From contig OX597815.1 in NCBI GenBank assembly GCA_951406725.2, positions 68,572,001 through 68,636,000 of the forward strand: a DNA stretch of 64,000 nucleotides, written 5' to 3'. The position numbers and the translations under genes were made by a program. The DNA comes from Octopus vulgaris (lineage: Eukaryota). How positions within the stretch are numbered: position 1 is the first letter of the stretch; the number at the start of each line of letters is the position of its first letter. The notes under the pieces are model-generated. The model was not told the origin of the DNA. It saw only the letters and a list, made by a program, of their open reading frames with translations, and did not search any database. Of this stretch, positions 12,031 to 26,436 are shown piece after piece.

Positions 12031-15000
12031 AAAATAGTTCTGTTATGCTTGTACATTCAGGATCTTATCCCTACCTCCTCTCTCTCTCTTTCCTGTCAAT
12101 CATACCCCCTCCCCCGTCTATCATTTCCATCACACCCCATCTCTGGTACTACTCGACTTAGGGCAGGATTGGCATATATTACATCCTTTGTCCTACCTAA
12201 AATCACACCCCTTCCAGAACCACTTCTATTCCACATTATCCCTGCCTACACTATTTCTTTCTGTGCCTTCAACCACTGCTCTGTCTCCCTTCTGCTATAC
12301 TTCTTTCTTAATACCTCTCTTATGTGCTTTCTTTCTCAATACACATTCATATCTCTATCTACTATTATTCTCACTACCCTCTTATATCTATCATCATATC
12401 CTTCTTACTAGAGCACCTTATGTACCTCTATATCTCCCTCTCCACTGCTCCTACACCTTGCACATCATCCCAATACTTTCTTTTCTGTCCTTCTTCTTGA
12501 GCCATTCCTATATCCCCACTATGTACTGATATTTCCCATCATCCACATTCTCACCCTTGTTCATCACTCACTATATTAACCTCTAATTTCACCTATTTAC
12601 TCCTTCCCCATAATCTCATGAAAGTATCCACTCTCTCATCCCCTCCCATGACCCACCCACTATCATATGTATTCATATATATACTTATATATATAAAACT
12701 ATAGGCATATGTAAATGCCCTTACATGCCTTTATTTATATATATATACATACATATATATATATATATAATCATCATCATCTGCTTTCCATGCTGGCATG
12801 GGTTAGACGGTTTGACTGGAACTGGTAAGCTGGAGAGCTGCACCAAGTTCCAGTCTTATTTGGCATGGTTTCTGTGACTGGATGCCCTTCCTAATGCCAA
12901 CCACTCTGAGAGTGTAATGGGTGCTGTTTACATGCCACCGGCATGAGTGCTATTTACATGACACCAGCAACGACCATGACTACAATTCTATGGGTGCCAT
13001 TTACATGATACTAGCAACAGCCACGACTACGATTTCACCTGGCTTGACGAATCTTCTCAAGCACAGCGTATCGCTAAAGGTCTCAGTCACTTGCCATCAC
13101 CTCCATGAGGCCCATTGTAGATACATGTATATATGTATACATGCACGTGTGTATAAACATACAAATATACAGTATATATAGATATGTGTGTGTATGCATA
13201 TATATGTTTGTGTGTGCCTATACAAATCTGTATATAAATGTACACTTTGTGTGTGAGTATGTGTGTATCTGTATGTGTACAAATATCCGTATCTATTTTC
13301 TGATGTAGTCAGCCATACATTGTCATAGTATATATCTCACATAAAAACTACATATCATGTAACCACATGCAGGTAGTCATGAATCCAACATGTTCAACAG
13401 AAATAAACAAGTATGCATGACGTTACTGCTCTTCCAAGTCATTCTGTCCTTAAATAATGAAGTATCATTAGTAAAAACTAAATGAGCCACCCTAATCATT
13501 GTGTTAGCATGCAAGTTGCTGAGTACTCCACGTACATGTGATTCATTAATATTATTCACATGTCAAAATGCTTAGCAACACTTTGTCCAGCTTTATGTTC
13601 TGAGTTCAAATTCAGTCAAGATTGACTTTGCCTTTCATCGTTTTGGAGTTGATAAAATTAGTACAAGTTGAGTACTGGGATCGATGTAATCAATTTGCCC
13701 CCTTCCCATGAAATTGCTCGTCTTTTGAAACCGGTATTATCCATACGCAGAATCAGCCTGACAAGGTGTGTGGAAAAGCAGACTGTAATGAATCAGATAT
13801 ATATTTTCTATCCAACATACTTCTGCTTTCACCACAAAGGCCTGGATCTTCTCTTCCTCTACTTCCTCCTCCTCCTCATCATCATCAAATGTCCCTTTTT
13901 TCATGCTGGTATGGGTTGGCTGGTTTGACTGGAACAAATGTTTCAGAAGGCTCTAATGTCTATTTTGGCATGGTTTTGTATGGCTAGGTACCTTTTCTAA
14001 TGCCAACCAGCACAGAGTATGCTGGGTGCTTTTTTTCGTGCCACCATCACCAGCGACAAGTACTCACAAGAAAATCACCCACATACACACACACACACAC
14101 ACCCTACTGAGTAGAGTATAGTCCTGAGGGATAAGCAAATATGATAGAGGGGGAGGAGCAGATTTCTTGCTGAAGAGGTGAATACATGGCTACCCCTAAG
14201 ACAAAAGACACTTGCCAAAAATCCTACACAATGGGACTGAACTGGGAATGTCATGACTGTGAAGTAAACTACTCTGGCATTTGACCTTGTCTCCACCAAG
14301 ACGAGGGGAGAAGGACACTATTTATATATGGATTCTTCATCGTCTTCAACCCCCTAGACATGACTGTCTTGAGTGCTAGAACTCATAAAACTGATCACCC
14401 AGTTTCCATGGTGTATAAGTAAACAGGATGCCAGCCTATTGCAGAGTTACCAATTTTTGCCAGCTCAGTGGACTGCAGCATTTTGAAATGAAGTGTTTTC
14501 CTCAAGAAAACAATGCATTACCCAATACAGGAATTGGAACCACAACCTTACAATCATGAGTACAACACTTTAACCACTAATTTTTTACTTGTTTCATTCA
14601 TGAGATTGTGGCCATGCTGGGCACAACCTTGAATTTTTAGTCAAATTATTCAACCTCAGTACTTATTTTTTTAAAGCCTGGTACTTAGTCTATCGGTCTC
14701 TTTTGCCAAACTGCTATGTTATGGGGACATAAACACACCAACACCGGTTGCCAGGCAGTGATGGAGCACTAACACAGGCACAAAGACACACACACACACA
14801 TACATGTATGTGCATGCAGACACATACACAACAAGCTTTTTCCAGTTTCCATCTACCCAATTCATTCACAAAGCTTTGATCGGCCTGAGGCCATAGTAGA
14901 AACCCTTGCCCAAGGTGTTATGCAGTGAGACTGAACCCAGAACCATTTGGTTGGGAAGCAAACCTCTTACCAGATAGTTACTGTCAACAGCATTCTTGTA

Positions 15001-15088
15001 TAGGAAAAATAAATTTATGTTTATATATTTGTTGGAAATATAACAAAAGTAAAGAGTAACAACTGAACATTAAAAATATATATTAATA

Positions 15089-15483
15089 AGGAGCGGCTGT
15101 GTGGTAAGAAGCTTGCTTCGCAACCATATGGTTTCAGGTTCTGTCCCACTGTGTGGAACCTTGGGCAAGTGTCTTCTACTATAGCCTCAGGCTGATCAAA
15201 GCCTTGTGAGTGGATTTGGTAGAGAGAAACTGAAAGGAGCTCATCGTGTATATGTATGTATGTGTATATATCTATGTGTGTTTTTGTGCTTGTCCCCCAC
15301 TTCCACTTGACAGCTGGTGTTGGTGTGTTTATATCCCCGTAACTTACCAGTTTGGCTAAAGAGATCGATAGAATAAGTACCAGACTTAAAAAATAAAAAG
15401 TACTGGTGTTGATTTATTTGGCTGAAATTCTTCAAGGCAGTGCTCCAGCATGGCTGCACTCTAATGACTGAGATGAACAAAAG
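15089..15483 (+). mobile_element. Full-length tRNA-derived SINE (~400 bp, internal TA/TG microsatellite)
   Basis: Box A/B-like head, ccttgggcaagtgtcttct core, shared tail. Other copies: 14584-14980(-), 18014-18416(+), 24505-24816(-), 41303-41660(+), 53750-54231(-), plus many fragments. Confidence 0.8.
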
Positions 15484-18013
15484 AATGTATGTGTGTTTAT
15501 AATTTAAAGAAAAATGAGTTAAGAGAAATAACTCTGAGTGGCCAGTGGCATGTATTTGAACAACATGGACAAATACGGGTAGATCAAATACCACACAACA
15601 TAAATTCTTGATATATTGAAATTATTTCCACCTTTAGAGGATATTGCACAAATAACAAATGGCAATTAAGATCAACTCTACTTGTGGATGGGAAATAATC
15701 TTGAGATTCAAGGATTCTCCAAAATTGACATGCCATTAGGGAAAAGGATAGGCTTATTGTCTGGAGATAAGTGGGCACTTGTAGCCGTGTTTCTGTCATC
15801 TCAATAGCTTTCATTAGTACAATTGCCCAACCTTATCTTCAATTGCCAAGAGATTTAGACTCATACACACATGCAGCAGTGTTCCTTCTAATTTTTGGAA
15901 GTCACCGTTCACAAAAATTTTGCATTGTGTTAAATTCTTCATATAATTATTAATTAGTACATTAACTAATTTAGAACACAAACTTTTGGTGAAACATTAA
16001 TTATTTGCTCACACGTTAATTTCTTTTGTGCATTGAGTGCAAAATGTGTGTGCATTCACATATACTCAGTTCCCAGAAAAGAATCATATTGCCTGTTTGT
16101 TGTAATAACAATCAGAGTATATTGAGAAAATTGTTTCAAATTTTATTTTGTTTTGATGGTGCATGGTTAATGATTATGTATGTTTGTGTGCGTGAATGTG
16201 TGTACGTGCATATGTATGCATGTTTAGTTTTTAACTACATATGTATGTGAGAAATCTAAATTTATATCCGGGTAATTTATGTTATATTCATCAGTATTAT
16301 ATTTTTGCTCTAGTTTCATTATAATTTCAAATAATACATTCAGACTCATTGAACATTTTGGTAATTTTTTTTTACAAAAATACATTTTTTTTTTAGTTGT
16401 ATTTACAAAATATTTTGTATATTTTTTTTCATGAGAGAAAGGTTGACAGTTAGTTCAATTTTTGGCTTTGTAACCTTCATTAGACAGTTCAGTGAAGTGA
16501 AGGTCACAGAACTGAAATATCTGTCAAACTTAACTTAAAAATAAAACAAATTTGTTCTTTTGCTAAAAGGTAGTGATTTTTCAATTTAATATTTGATTGC
16601 CTTCATATGTAATTATATATAAAAAACATTATCATCATTGTCTTTAATATCCATCTTTTATGCTGGCATGGGTTGGATGATTTGACAGAATCCAATGAAC
16701 CAGAGGACTGCAGCAAGCTGCAATATCTGCTTCAGAATCATTTCTATAACTAGTTGCCCTAACAGGTTTAATAAGTGCTTTTTTTCATGACACCAGCTCT
16801 AGCGAGGTCACCAAGTAACTTGCAACACAAAGAAGTCCTCTCAACTAAGAGGAGTTGTAGTAGAGAGGGAGTGACTTTATGCCTAGTGCAGAGAAGTTAA
16901 AATATAAGAGAGGGACAGACACAGGTATTCTTGCTAGAGAGGAGATACATGGCTACCCCACATTGTTGAGATGCACAGCCTAGTGGCTAGGGTGTTGCAC
17001 TTGCAATCGTAAGATCATGGTTTCAATTCACTGACAGGTTGTGTCTTGTGTTCTTGAGCAAAACACTTCATTTCACATTGCTCCAGTCCACTCAGCTGTA
17101 AATGAGTAACCTTGTGACAGATTGGCATACAAGGGTGAGGCGGTGACTCAGGAAAATCATCCAAATGGAGCTCTTGTGAGCTACCCTTTGCATTCAGTGA
17201 TCAAAAAAATTAATACTACAACCTGTACTGCAAATCCTGACTGGTGGGGATTAGTTGCTCAACCACATTGAAGGTTATCACAACTCCACAGTATGTAAGA
17301 GCAGGTAAGAATAGCTTGAAGCAAATAAAGATTTTGGTGATGAGATGTAGAAGCCCATCATATTTATAGCCAATAGTGCTTGCTGGGTTTCACAGTTGGA
17401 TACCTACTAAGAGCAAAAGAAAATGTGTATATGTTTATAATACTTACACAAACATAAAATAAACGTTTAGTATTTCCTTAAAATCTTTAAAAATGTTTTA
17501 GCCTGAAGGCCACGGCCATGCTGGGGCACCACCGCTGAACTCTGCTCATCAAATCCTATCACACAGTCCGACTCATGCCAGCATGGAAGATGGACATTAG
17601 ATGATTATATATATATATCCTTATCATCATTTTAACATCCATTTTTCCATGCTTGCATTGGTTGGATGAAATTTGTTAAAGTGAATTCTCTAGTTGAATG
17701 ACCTTCCTGTTGCCAACACTCAATTGTTTCTAAGTAAGATAATATTTCCCCATGACCAGTGACCAGACACGTCTTGGAACACTGGAAACAAAGGAAATTG
17801 CTTGCATTGCAGTAACACATTAACAAACACATATATACATATAAACAATGAGCTTCCATCCACCAAATCCATTCACAAGGCTTTAGTCAGCCCAAAGTTA
17901 CAGCAGAAGACACTTGACCAAGGTGCCATGCAATGGAGCTGACCCTGAAATCATGTGATTAGAAAGCAAACGTCTTACCATGCAGCCACATCTGCACCTA
18001 ATATATATATATA

Positions 18014-18416
18014 GGCGTAGGAGTGGTTGTGTGGTAAGTAGCTTGCTTACGAACCACATGGTTCTGGGTTCAGTCCCACTGCGTGGAACCTTGGGCAAGT
18101 GTCTTCTACTATAGCCTTGGGCTGATCAAAGCCTTGTGAATGGATTTGGTAGACAGAAACTGAATGAAGCCCGTCGTATATATGTATATATATATATATG
18201 TATGTGTGTGTGTATATGTGTGTCTGTGTTTGTTCCCTCAACATTGCTTGACACTGATGCTGGTGTGTTTATGTCCCCGTAACTTAGCAGTTCAGCAAAA
18301 GACACCAATAGAATAAGTACTAGGCTTACAAAGAATAAGTCCTGGGGGCAATTTGCTCAACTAAATGCGGTGCTCCAGCATGGCCACAATCAAATGACTG
18401 AAACAAGTAAAAGAGT
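18014..18416 (+). mobile_element. Relatively young full-length tRNA-derived SINE
   Basis: Retains CpGs (ggcgtaggagtgg, cccactgcgtgg, gcccgtcg); sits head-to-head with an inverted fragment at about 17850-18000. Confidence 0.8.
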
Positions 18417-18639
18417 AAGTAGTATATATATCAAAACAGAAGGTTGGTAAAAATGTTTGGTGTATATATATATACATATGTATATATGTGTGTATATATA
18501 TATATCTTTATATATTTATGGGTGTGGGTGTATATATATATATATGTGTGTGTATATATATGTGTATATGTATGTGTATATGTGCATGTGTGTACGTATA
18601 TATGTATGTGTGTATGTTTGTGTATATATGTATATATGT

Positions 18640-18990
18640 GGACAGAGATTTAGAGACATATTACTCGAAGTTTTTGATGAAATAAAGGGGGATATGGCAT
18701 CACATGATGTGGAAAACAACTGGAGGTTTCTATGGGACAACCTGTTGAGGGCTTCTGACCAGATCTGCGCTCAGGGCCATTAGGAAAAAGAAATAGGCAT
18801 GGGAGGACTGGAAGAATAGTGGTAGCAGGGAATTATTGCCAGAAGGGAAGCTAAGAGACAGGCTTACTTAGCTAGAGGGGAAGCAGATAAGAAAAAATTT
18901 GCCAGTGTTCTGCATCGTGAGGACCAAAGACTTGAAGTGTTTCATGTTGCAAGACAGTGTGTGAGAGAGAATTGTGATGTCATAGGAGAT
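18640..18990 (+). mobile_element. RTE LINE internal fragment (region between endonuclease and RT)
   Basis: QRFRDILLEVFDE...NWRFLWDNLLRASDQIC; [32 protein letters not shown] matches the 5' end of the young copy at about 36240-36327. Confidence 0.75.
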
Positions 18991-18997
18991 ATCACAA

Positions 18998-19592
18998 TTT
19001 AGCCCCAGGAAACATTGTTTCCAGCTGGCTATATGACACAATATCTGTATCCTTATATTTTCAAACAGGGAGTTCAGCACTCCCATCCAGCACAAGACTT
19101 CTGTGGACTGCTTTCTGTGTCATATAGCCAGCTGTAAATGATGTTTCCTGGGGCTAAGCAACAGTAACATTTGTCCCTTCCAGGACAGCCACATTATTTT
19201 GGCAAATAGCCTTTACTTTAAAGAACTGCTACTGACTCTCTCTTTGAGTGATTTAGAAATAATAATGGTTCTATTTATTTAGATCTATAACTGTGTGTCA
19301 CTTCGAAAACTATATATTTTCGAATGGTAAGTTCAACAGTGCCACCTAGCCAAGCAGTTACCCTGTGTTGATAAAGGGCAATAACCCAGAAACCAATCCA
19401 TACATGTCTTGTGCTGGATGGGAGTGCTGAGCTCCCTGTTCAAAAATATAAGGACAGAGATATTGTGTCGTATAGCCAGCTGGAAACAATGTTTCCTGGG
19501 GCTAAACAACACTAATATTTATCCCATCCAGGACAGCCACGTCCTGAATAACTCTCTTTGAGAGATTTAGAAATAATAGTGTTTCTATTTAT
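18998..19592. repeat. Compound inverted + direct repeat (Penelope-like pLTR relic?)
   Basis: 18998-19098 is the reverse complement of 19406-19506; 19116-19275 is a diverged direct copy of 19464-19592. Confidence 0.75.
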
Positions 19593-19605
19593 GTGTATGT
19601 GTGTG

Positions 19606-19646
<41 letters not shown>

Positions 19647-19869
19647 TATTAAATTAGAGATAAAACCACTCTTAGGCAAATCTATGTATTGGTTTATGAT
19701 TTTCACTGTTTGATTTGCCTAATAGTGGTTTTATCTCTAATTTAATATAAAATATATATATATATATTTATACTATAAAATTAGATTTAATCCTAAATCT
19801 TATATATGTGTGTATATATATGTATATATATATATATATATCCTTTTATGTGTCAGCCTTGAGGCTGCG

Positions 19870-20820
19870 CCCATGCTGGTGTACCGCCAGTGTAATCACC
19901 TTTTAATTGGCCAATTCTATGCGATTGGCTTTTGGTGAAGGAAAGAGTTCAATACTGCAGCCCTCTTTTGAGTTTCCTGCCTTGATATTGGTTCATCTGG
20001 GATCTTGGATAGCAAGAGGTCAAGCTGTTTCTTGAAAACATCATCTCCCACTCCATGGAGATCCTTCAGATGTTTTGGCAAGGTGTTAAATAGATGTGGG
20101 CCCTTGGATCCCAAGCTATTGCAGTGATGTCCATTTTGAGGTCTGGTATAACTCTCAATTTGAAAGTTTGGTGCCAGCCCCTCCAGTATCTTCCACACAT
20201 ACATCACTGCATACCTCACCTATCTTTGCTCCAGTGAGTAGTCATAGCTCTTTCAGTCTCTCCCAGTAGTTTAGCTGTTCCATTGATGCAATCTTCCTCA
20301 TGTAATATCACTGAATCGCCTCAAGTTCTGGTATTAATCCTACAGTGAGGTGACGACTGCAATTGAGAGCAGTAATCTAGATGGCTGAGGACAAATGTCC
20401 TCCATAGGACCAGCATAGTTTCCTGGGTCCTTGTTCTGAAGGTTTTCAGAATCCATCTGGCCATTCATTTGCACACTGCCACCATCTTGGTGACATGCAT
20501 GTGAAACGAGGTATTCTTGCTCAAATCAATCTCAAGATCATGCACTGTATGTGATTCTAGGATTGATGCTCATTTTGGTCCAGAGTATCATTGTTGTGAC
20601 TTCTGAGCACCAATTAGCTGGCCAGATTTTTCTGTAGAAGATTAGCATCAGAAGGTTCCTTGACTGCTTGTACTACTTTTGTGTCGTCAGCATAGCTAGT
20701 AAGTGTGGCTATCTGTGTAACTGATGACATGTCTGAAAGAGCCACCATGAACAGTAGTGGCCTCAATACAGTTGCCTGAGGCACTCCACTTTCTATTCCA
20801 TTGGCTGCAACCACTCTCTA
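19870..20820 (-). mobile_element. CR1/L2-group LINE RT fragment
   Basis: SGVPQATVLRPLLF...SYADDTKV (20614..20814); LRYAVMYVWKILEGLAPN...GPHLFNTLPKHLK (19917..20219). Confidence 0.85.
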
Positions 20821-20969
20821 ATTTCCCCAGTTATATATGTGTATATGTATGTGTGGTATATATATATGTGTGTATATATATATAAATATTATATATAAAG
20901 TGAGATAGGGGTTGCGAGTGTAACCCATTATGGGATAACATCCAATATACTGCCATATTTTGTATTATA

Positions 20970-21016
<47 letters not shown>

Positions 21017-22329
21017 ATTTCATCTTTTAATTTCCATATATTTCTTCCTCGCCTCTGTTGTTTGACTTATGCTTTCTTCTCTCATGTACTCCAGTCCCCA
21101 CCTCTCTCTCTCAGACTTTTTTTTATTCCTAATCATGATGTTTCATGATGTTTTCACTATTTTGAAAACTGTGTTTAGTGACATTGACATGCATGCTTAA
21201 GTGTGTATTAGTGCACATGTTTGTCTGCATTAATATGTGTGCAGAAGTGTAGGTGGATATCTATAGACATTTGTGCATGGATGGGTGCTTGTGTGTGAAT
21301 GTGGGCACATGCAGTACATTCATATTGCTATCTATGAATGAATGTGTGTGTTTGTGAATGGATGTACAAATGTGTGTGTGTGTGCATTTCTTTTCTGTCA
21401 TTTTACATACACATTCCATGCTGGTATTAGTTGGACTCACTCAAACACACACGCATGTGTCTGTAGTTCTGTGTGTGTGTGTGTGTATATGAAAATGTGT
21501 ACAAATATGAACTGGCATGTATGTGTTTTGGTATGCAGAGTCATATGTTATTATGCTTGAATATCTCTGCATTACTATGCATGCATACTGATGTGTGTGT
21601 GTGTATGTTTGTGTGAATGGGTGTTTCATTCTGTTAGCATATGTAATTGAATTTATTTGTGTATTTGTTTATGTGCGTGTTTGTGAGTGAGTGCGTGATT
21701 GTGTGCAGTCATGCAATGGAACTTAACTTGTTGCTCTTACGTCAAGCAGTTTGTTTTATTGCATTAGCGCCATTTCCGGATGCAACAAACGTTTGTTTCT
21801 GGCAGTACAGTAAGGCATGCATGGACTGCAAAATATACTACACTCTCTGTCTCTTCCTCTCATTTACTGCCTCTCTCTGTTTCTCTCTCTCTCTCTCTCT
21901 CGCTCTCTCTCTCAAATCAGCTACTTTTCATCTTGTCTCTTTCCCTTTATGTGGTTGTATGTGTATGCATATTTATATATTTTTAACACACAATAATAAT
22001 AATAAATACCTTGGTACAAGGCCAGCAGTTTTTAAGGAGGGCTAAGTTTTTAAATTGGCCCCCAAATTTGACTGATACTTTATTTTGTTGAACCCAAAAT
22101 GTTGAAAAAGTAAATTTGACCTTGCCAGGACTTGAACTTAGCCAGAAGAAACACTGCTTAGCATTTTGTCCAACACCTTAATCATTCAGTCAATTCTTTC
22201 TCATTTATCAGTTTGTTCAGCATATCTATCCTTCCCGCAGTCTATCAGCCTATCAATTTTCCTGTGTATTTTATTATGTATTCATCTATTCTTTCCTTGT
22301 GTACTCATCTTTCCACCTGTCTCTCTAGC

Positions 22330-22593
22330 CAGTTGTCTGTCTATCTATCCATCTATCTACCTATCTATCTACCTATCTATCTACCTACCTACCTATCTAC
22401 CTACCTACCTATCTATCTATAAATCTACCTACCTATCTATAAATCTACCTATCTATCTATCTATCTATCTACCTTCCATCCATCGCTAGCTAGCTAGATA
22501 TGAGAGAGAGAGATGGCTAGCTACATAGTAGGTAGATAGGTAGGTAGCTAGCCATCTACTTAGCTACCTACCTATCTACCTACTATGTAGCTA

Positions 22594-22638
<45 letters not shown>

Positions 22639-22640
22639 TT
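22330..22640. repeat. (TCTA/CCTA)n and (CT)n microsatellites enclosing a perfect 49-bp inverted repeat
   Basis: 22502-22550 is the exact reverse complement of 22561-22609. Confidence 0.9.
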
Positions 22641-25600
22641 CTCTCTTTCCCTCTCTCTCTTTCATATCTTATACACATCCCTTATCTTCTACAACCTTGT
22701 CTTTCCACTCCACCTCACCTCTGCTCACTGTTCTCCGACCCCCCCCCAACCCTATCACCAACAGTTTGTCTCCAGTTGTCATTAGCAAATAAGTAAAACA
22801 GCCAAGTAGAGAGAGAATAGCAGAGCTGTTTCAAAGAAATCGTTTACCATTAAAGCGAAACAAATACACAACTAACAAACATAAAACAACAAAATGATTA
22901 GAATAAAATATTTTAATTACATTTTCTCTTTTATTATTTTATCATACTCCCCTCTTTCTGTCACACACTGCCTCCCCCTTCTCTCTCTCACCCCCTCTCT
23001 CTCTCTTTCCTCGAGTGATAGTGAAAATCCAATATATTCCTCTGAACTGTAAATATTGAAGTTAATCGCAATTGTGTGAGAGTAGAGAGTTATCTGCACA
23101 GTTCAATTCTTCCCAGTCTTCTACTGCTACACCACCAACAACAACAAAACAACTACTACTACTACTACTGGTGCTACTGCCACCACCACTACTGCTGCTG
23201 CTACTATTACTACCTCAAGTCCTACCTTACTGTCACAAATAAAGGATTTATTAGACACTGTAGTTATTGATATTACAATAAGACATAATGGTCACATATA
23301 GAAAAACAGGGTAACCCTGGTGTTAAACAACAGCTACAATATCTCCACTTGTCATGACCAACATTACCCATACTTTACAAAACCTTACAGTAAAACTTTT
23401 TGGTAAATCTTTCTTTTCCAGATTCAAAAACTTCTGCAATATTCTACATTCTCCCTGGTTTTGATTTTTTTTGTTTATCTGTCTCCTGGTATCAATGTGC
23501 AAAATTTCAGGTTTACTAGATCATAGACATTCTTCTCCCTCATCTCCCTGTTCATAGAATTAATAATCAAAAAATAAAAACAGCAATAAAACAAAAGCAA
23601 ATACATATATACACTCTATAACAGAAGTGTTAAGGTCACTTCCCCTGGTGAAGAGCAATGGCTTGCAAGAGTCCTCTGCTGATGCAATGTAAAATGCACT
23701 CATGATGGTGCTGTGTAACAGCACTCATGCAATGCCACATTAAAAGCAGCCAGCACACACTGTAAAGTGGTTGGTGTTAGGAAGGACATCCAACTGCAGA
23801 AACCAAGCCAAATCAGGCTAGAATTTGGTGCAAATCTCTGGCTTGCCAGCTCTGGTCAAGCCATCCAACCCATGCCAGCATAGAAAATGGATATTAAATG
23901 AATGATGATGACACATACGTACATGCAAGCATGCATACATACATGCATGCATGCGATGTTAGAAAAAGCATTCAACCATAAAAACTAGGCCAAAGAAGAC
24001 ACTGTAGCACAATGCTGTACTTGGACCCATCTGATCCTGTCAAACCATGCCAGCATGGAATCTGTATGTGAAATGATTATGCTATATAGATATATTGGCT
24101 GTGTGTTTAAGTTTGCCTTCCAACTGGTTTCAGGTTCAGTTCCACTCCAGATATGTGTCTTCTGTCATAGCTCTGGGCCAACCAAGACCTTGTGGTTAAA
24201 TTTGGTAGACAGAAACTGAATGAAGCCTGTCATGTGTGTCCTTTTCTTGACATCACATAATGATTGTAAATGAGTGTCATTCACTTCCAATATTCAACAA
24301 AATTATGTTTGGCCGTTAAGAAATGTTACCTTTGTGGGAAGCAGTGTGAGTTGGTGACAGGAAAGACATCTTGTTGTAGAAAATCTGCTTCAATAAATTC
24401 TGTCTGACCTCTGACCCATGTAAGCATGGAAAAGTGGATGTTAAAACAGTGATGAAGGTGATGATCACACACTTGCATTTAAGCAGTTATACTCTTTCTC
24501 TCTTTACTCTTTTACTTGTTTCAGTCATTTGACTGCGGCCATGCTGGAGCACCGCCAGTACTTATTCTATCGGTCTCTTTTGCCGAATCGCTAAGTGACG
24601 GGGACATAAACACACCAGCATCGGTTGTCAAGCAATGCTAGGGGGTCAGACACAAACACATACACACACATATACATATATACGACGGGCTTCTTTCAGT
24701 TTCCGTCTACCAAATCCACTCAGAAGACACTTGCCCAAGATGCCACGCAGTGGGACTGAACCCGGAACCATGTGGTTGATTAGCAAGCTACTTACCACAC
24801 AGCCACTCCTGCGCCTATGGGAAGAATCTATCTAATATGTTTAAAGCCTGAAAATTACCAGATTACAAAGTGTTCAGTGTTTACCTCTTCTTCATACACT
24901 TGTAGTTAGCATGTTATGCTTGAGATCACATGATGGCTGATCAACAAACTATTCTCTTAAAGAAGGCATTTCATTTCACATTGCTCCAATCCACTCAGTT
25001 TACTATAGTTTAGTTTCCTTTCGAACATACAGGGTTTATGACAGCCAGTCATAAACTCCTCTCTCTTTGTAAAACAAGTAAGGGTTTGTGACAGACAGAG
25101 CATCTGACTGTAAATGCAATACCTGAATAATATGCATTTATCCAACACATACTACCCTGGAAAAACACATGTAAAACCAACAATTGGTTATTTAGGTATT
25201 AGACACTTTGAATCTAGTAATAAATTGAGTATCCAAAGAAGAATAAAGTGGCAAATTTTTACCATTCTACTGTAACTTCTTTCTGTATAAAATTAACTTA
25301 GAGAACACAGATGGAGCATTGAGAATCTTATTTTAAAACTGTATTTCCAGATGGTAATGTGAGATTTCTCAAATGTTTACCTATTTTACAGAAACTAGTT
25401 AATAAACCAATGGAGCTACTGTAAACCTGTCTCTGTTTTTGTTTGTGCTTTTTTTAATGCCATTCCTTCTGCCAGAGAATGTTAACATTTTCCACATGTG
25501 ATCTGCCAAACAAACTTGATACTTTGACTAAACTAATACAAATTGAAAATTAGTCATATAAGTTTCTTCACACACACATACACACCTTATCTTCTTCCCA

Positions 25601-26299
25601 TTTACTCTCGCCCACCTTCATATAATGTGGAGTTGCCATCCTCTCTGTAGCAAGACACCTGCATTGGTCTCTCTATCATACTTTAAGCATTCAACACCTA
25701 GCATAAAGCCACCTCCTCCTCTCAAATAATTCCCCACACATACACACTTAGTCAAGGAGGCTTTATCTTTTTCATGTCTGGCAAATTACTTAATGACCTC
25801 ACTAGTGCTGGTGGAGTGAGAAAGTGGTTGGCATGAGGAAGGGCATCTGGCTGTAGAAACCATGCTAAGCCTGACATTGTAGCTTGCTGAATCCTGTCAA
25901 ACTAACCAATCCATACAGTTCTATATTTGAAAGATGAGGAATTATGTACATTATTTACATTTGACAGATATTTGTCTTCATCTTGTTTGTTGTTAATACC
26001 AGACTTTTTACAAAGTGTACAATGAGATTTTTTCATGACACTGGTGCTTGTAAGGTTGCCAAATAACTTGCAAGAAAAGAAAGAGGAAGCCCCCTCAACT
26101 GAGTGGAGTTGCAAGTAGAGGGGAAAGTGGTTTTGTGTTAGGTGTTGAGGGAGCAATGGTATGATAAGACATAAACTTTTAAGCATGTTTTACTGTGAAT
26201 GAAATTTTAAATGCATTTTACTCATATATAATCTGAATATTGCAAATATCATTTTCTTTAAACACCATTTATATTTTTATATCACCCTTCTTATTGTAG

Positions 26300-26436
26300 T
26301 GACGGTGGTAGCACAGAAACTAGAGAATGTACCTTCATTAAGCATAAAACCTCGTCGACAACTGAAGGGTCACCAGGGCAAAGTTCTATGTATGGATTGG
26401 TCAGCCGATAAACGACACATAGTCAGCTCATCTCAG
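26300..26436 (+). CDS. GNB5: GNB5 coding exon (137 nt): (x)[45 protein letters not shown]
   Basis: ttattgtag| acceptor, CAG|gtaagt donor; starts with 2 nt of a split codon; first WD repeat. Confidence 0.95.

Noticed and set aside
15089-15160. tRNA-like box A/B sequences
   Set aside because: SINE heads; no complete cloverleaf could be supported.
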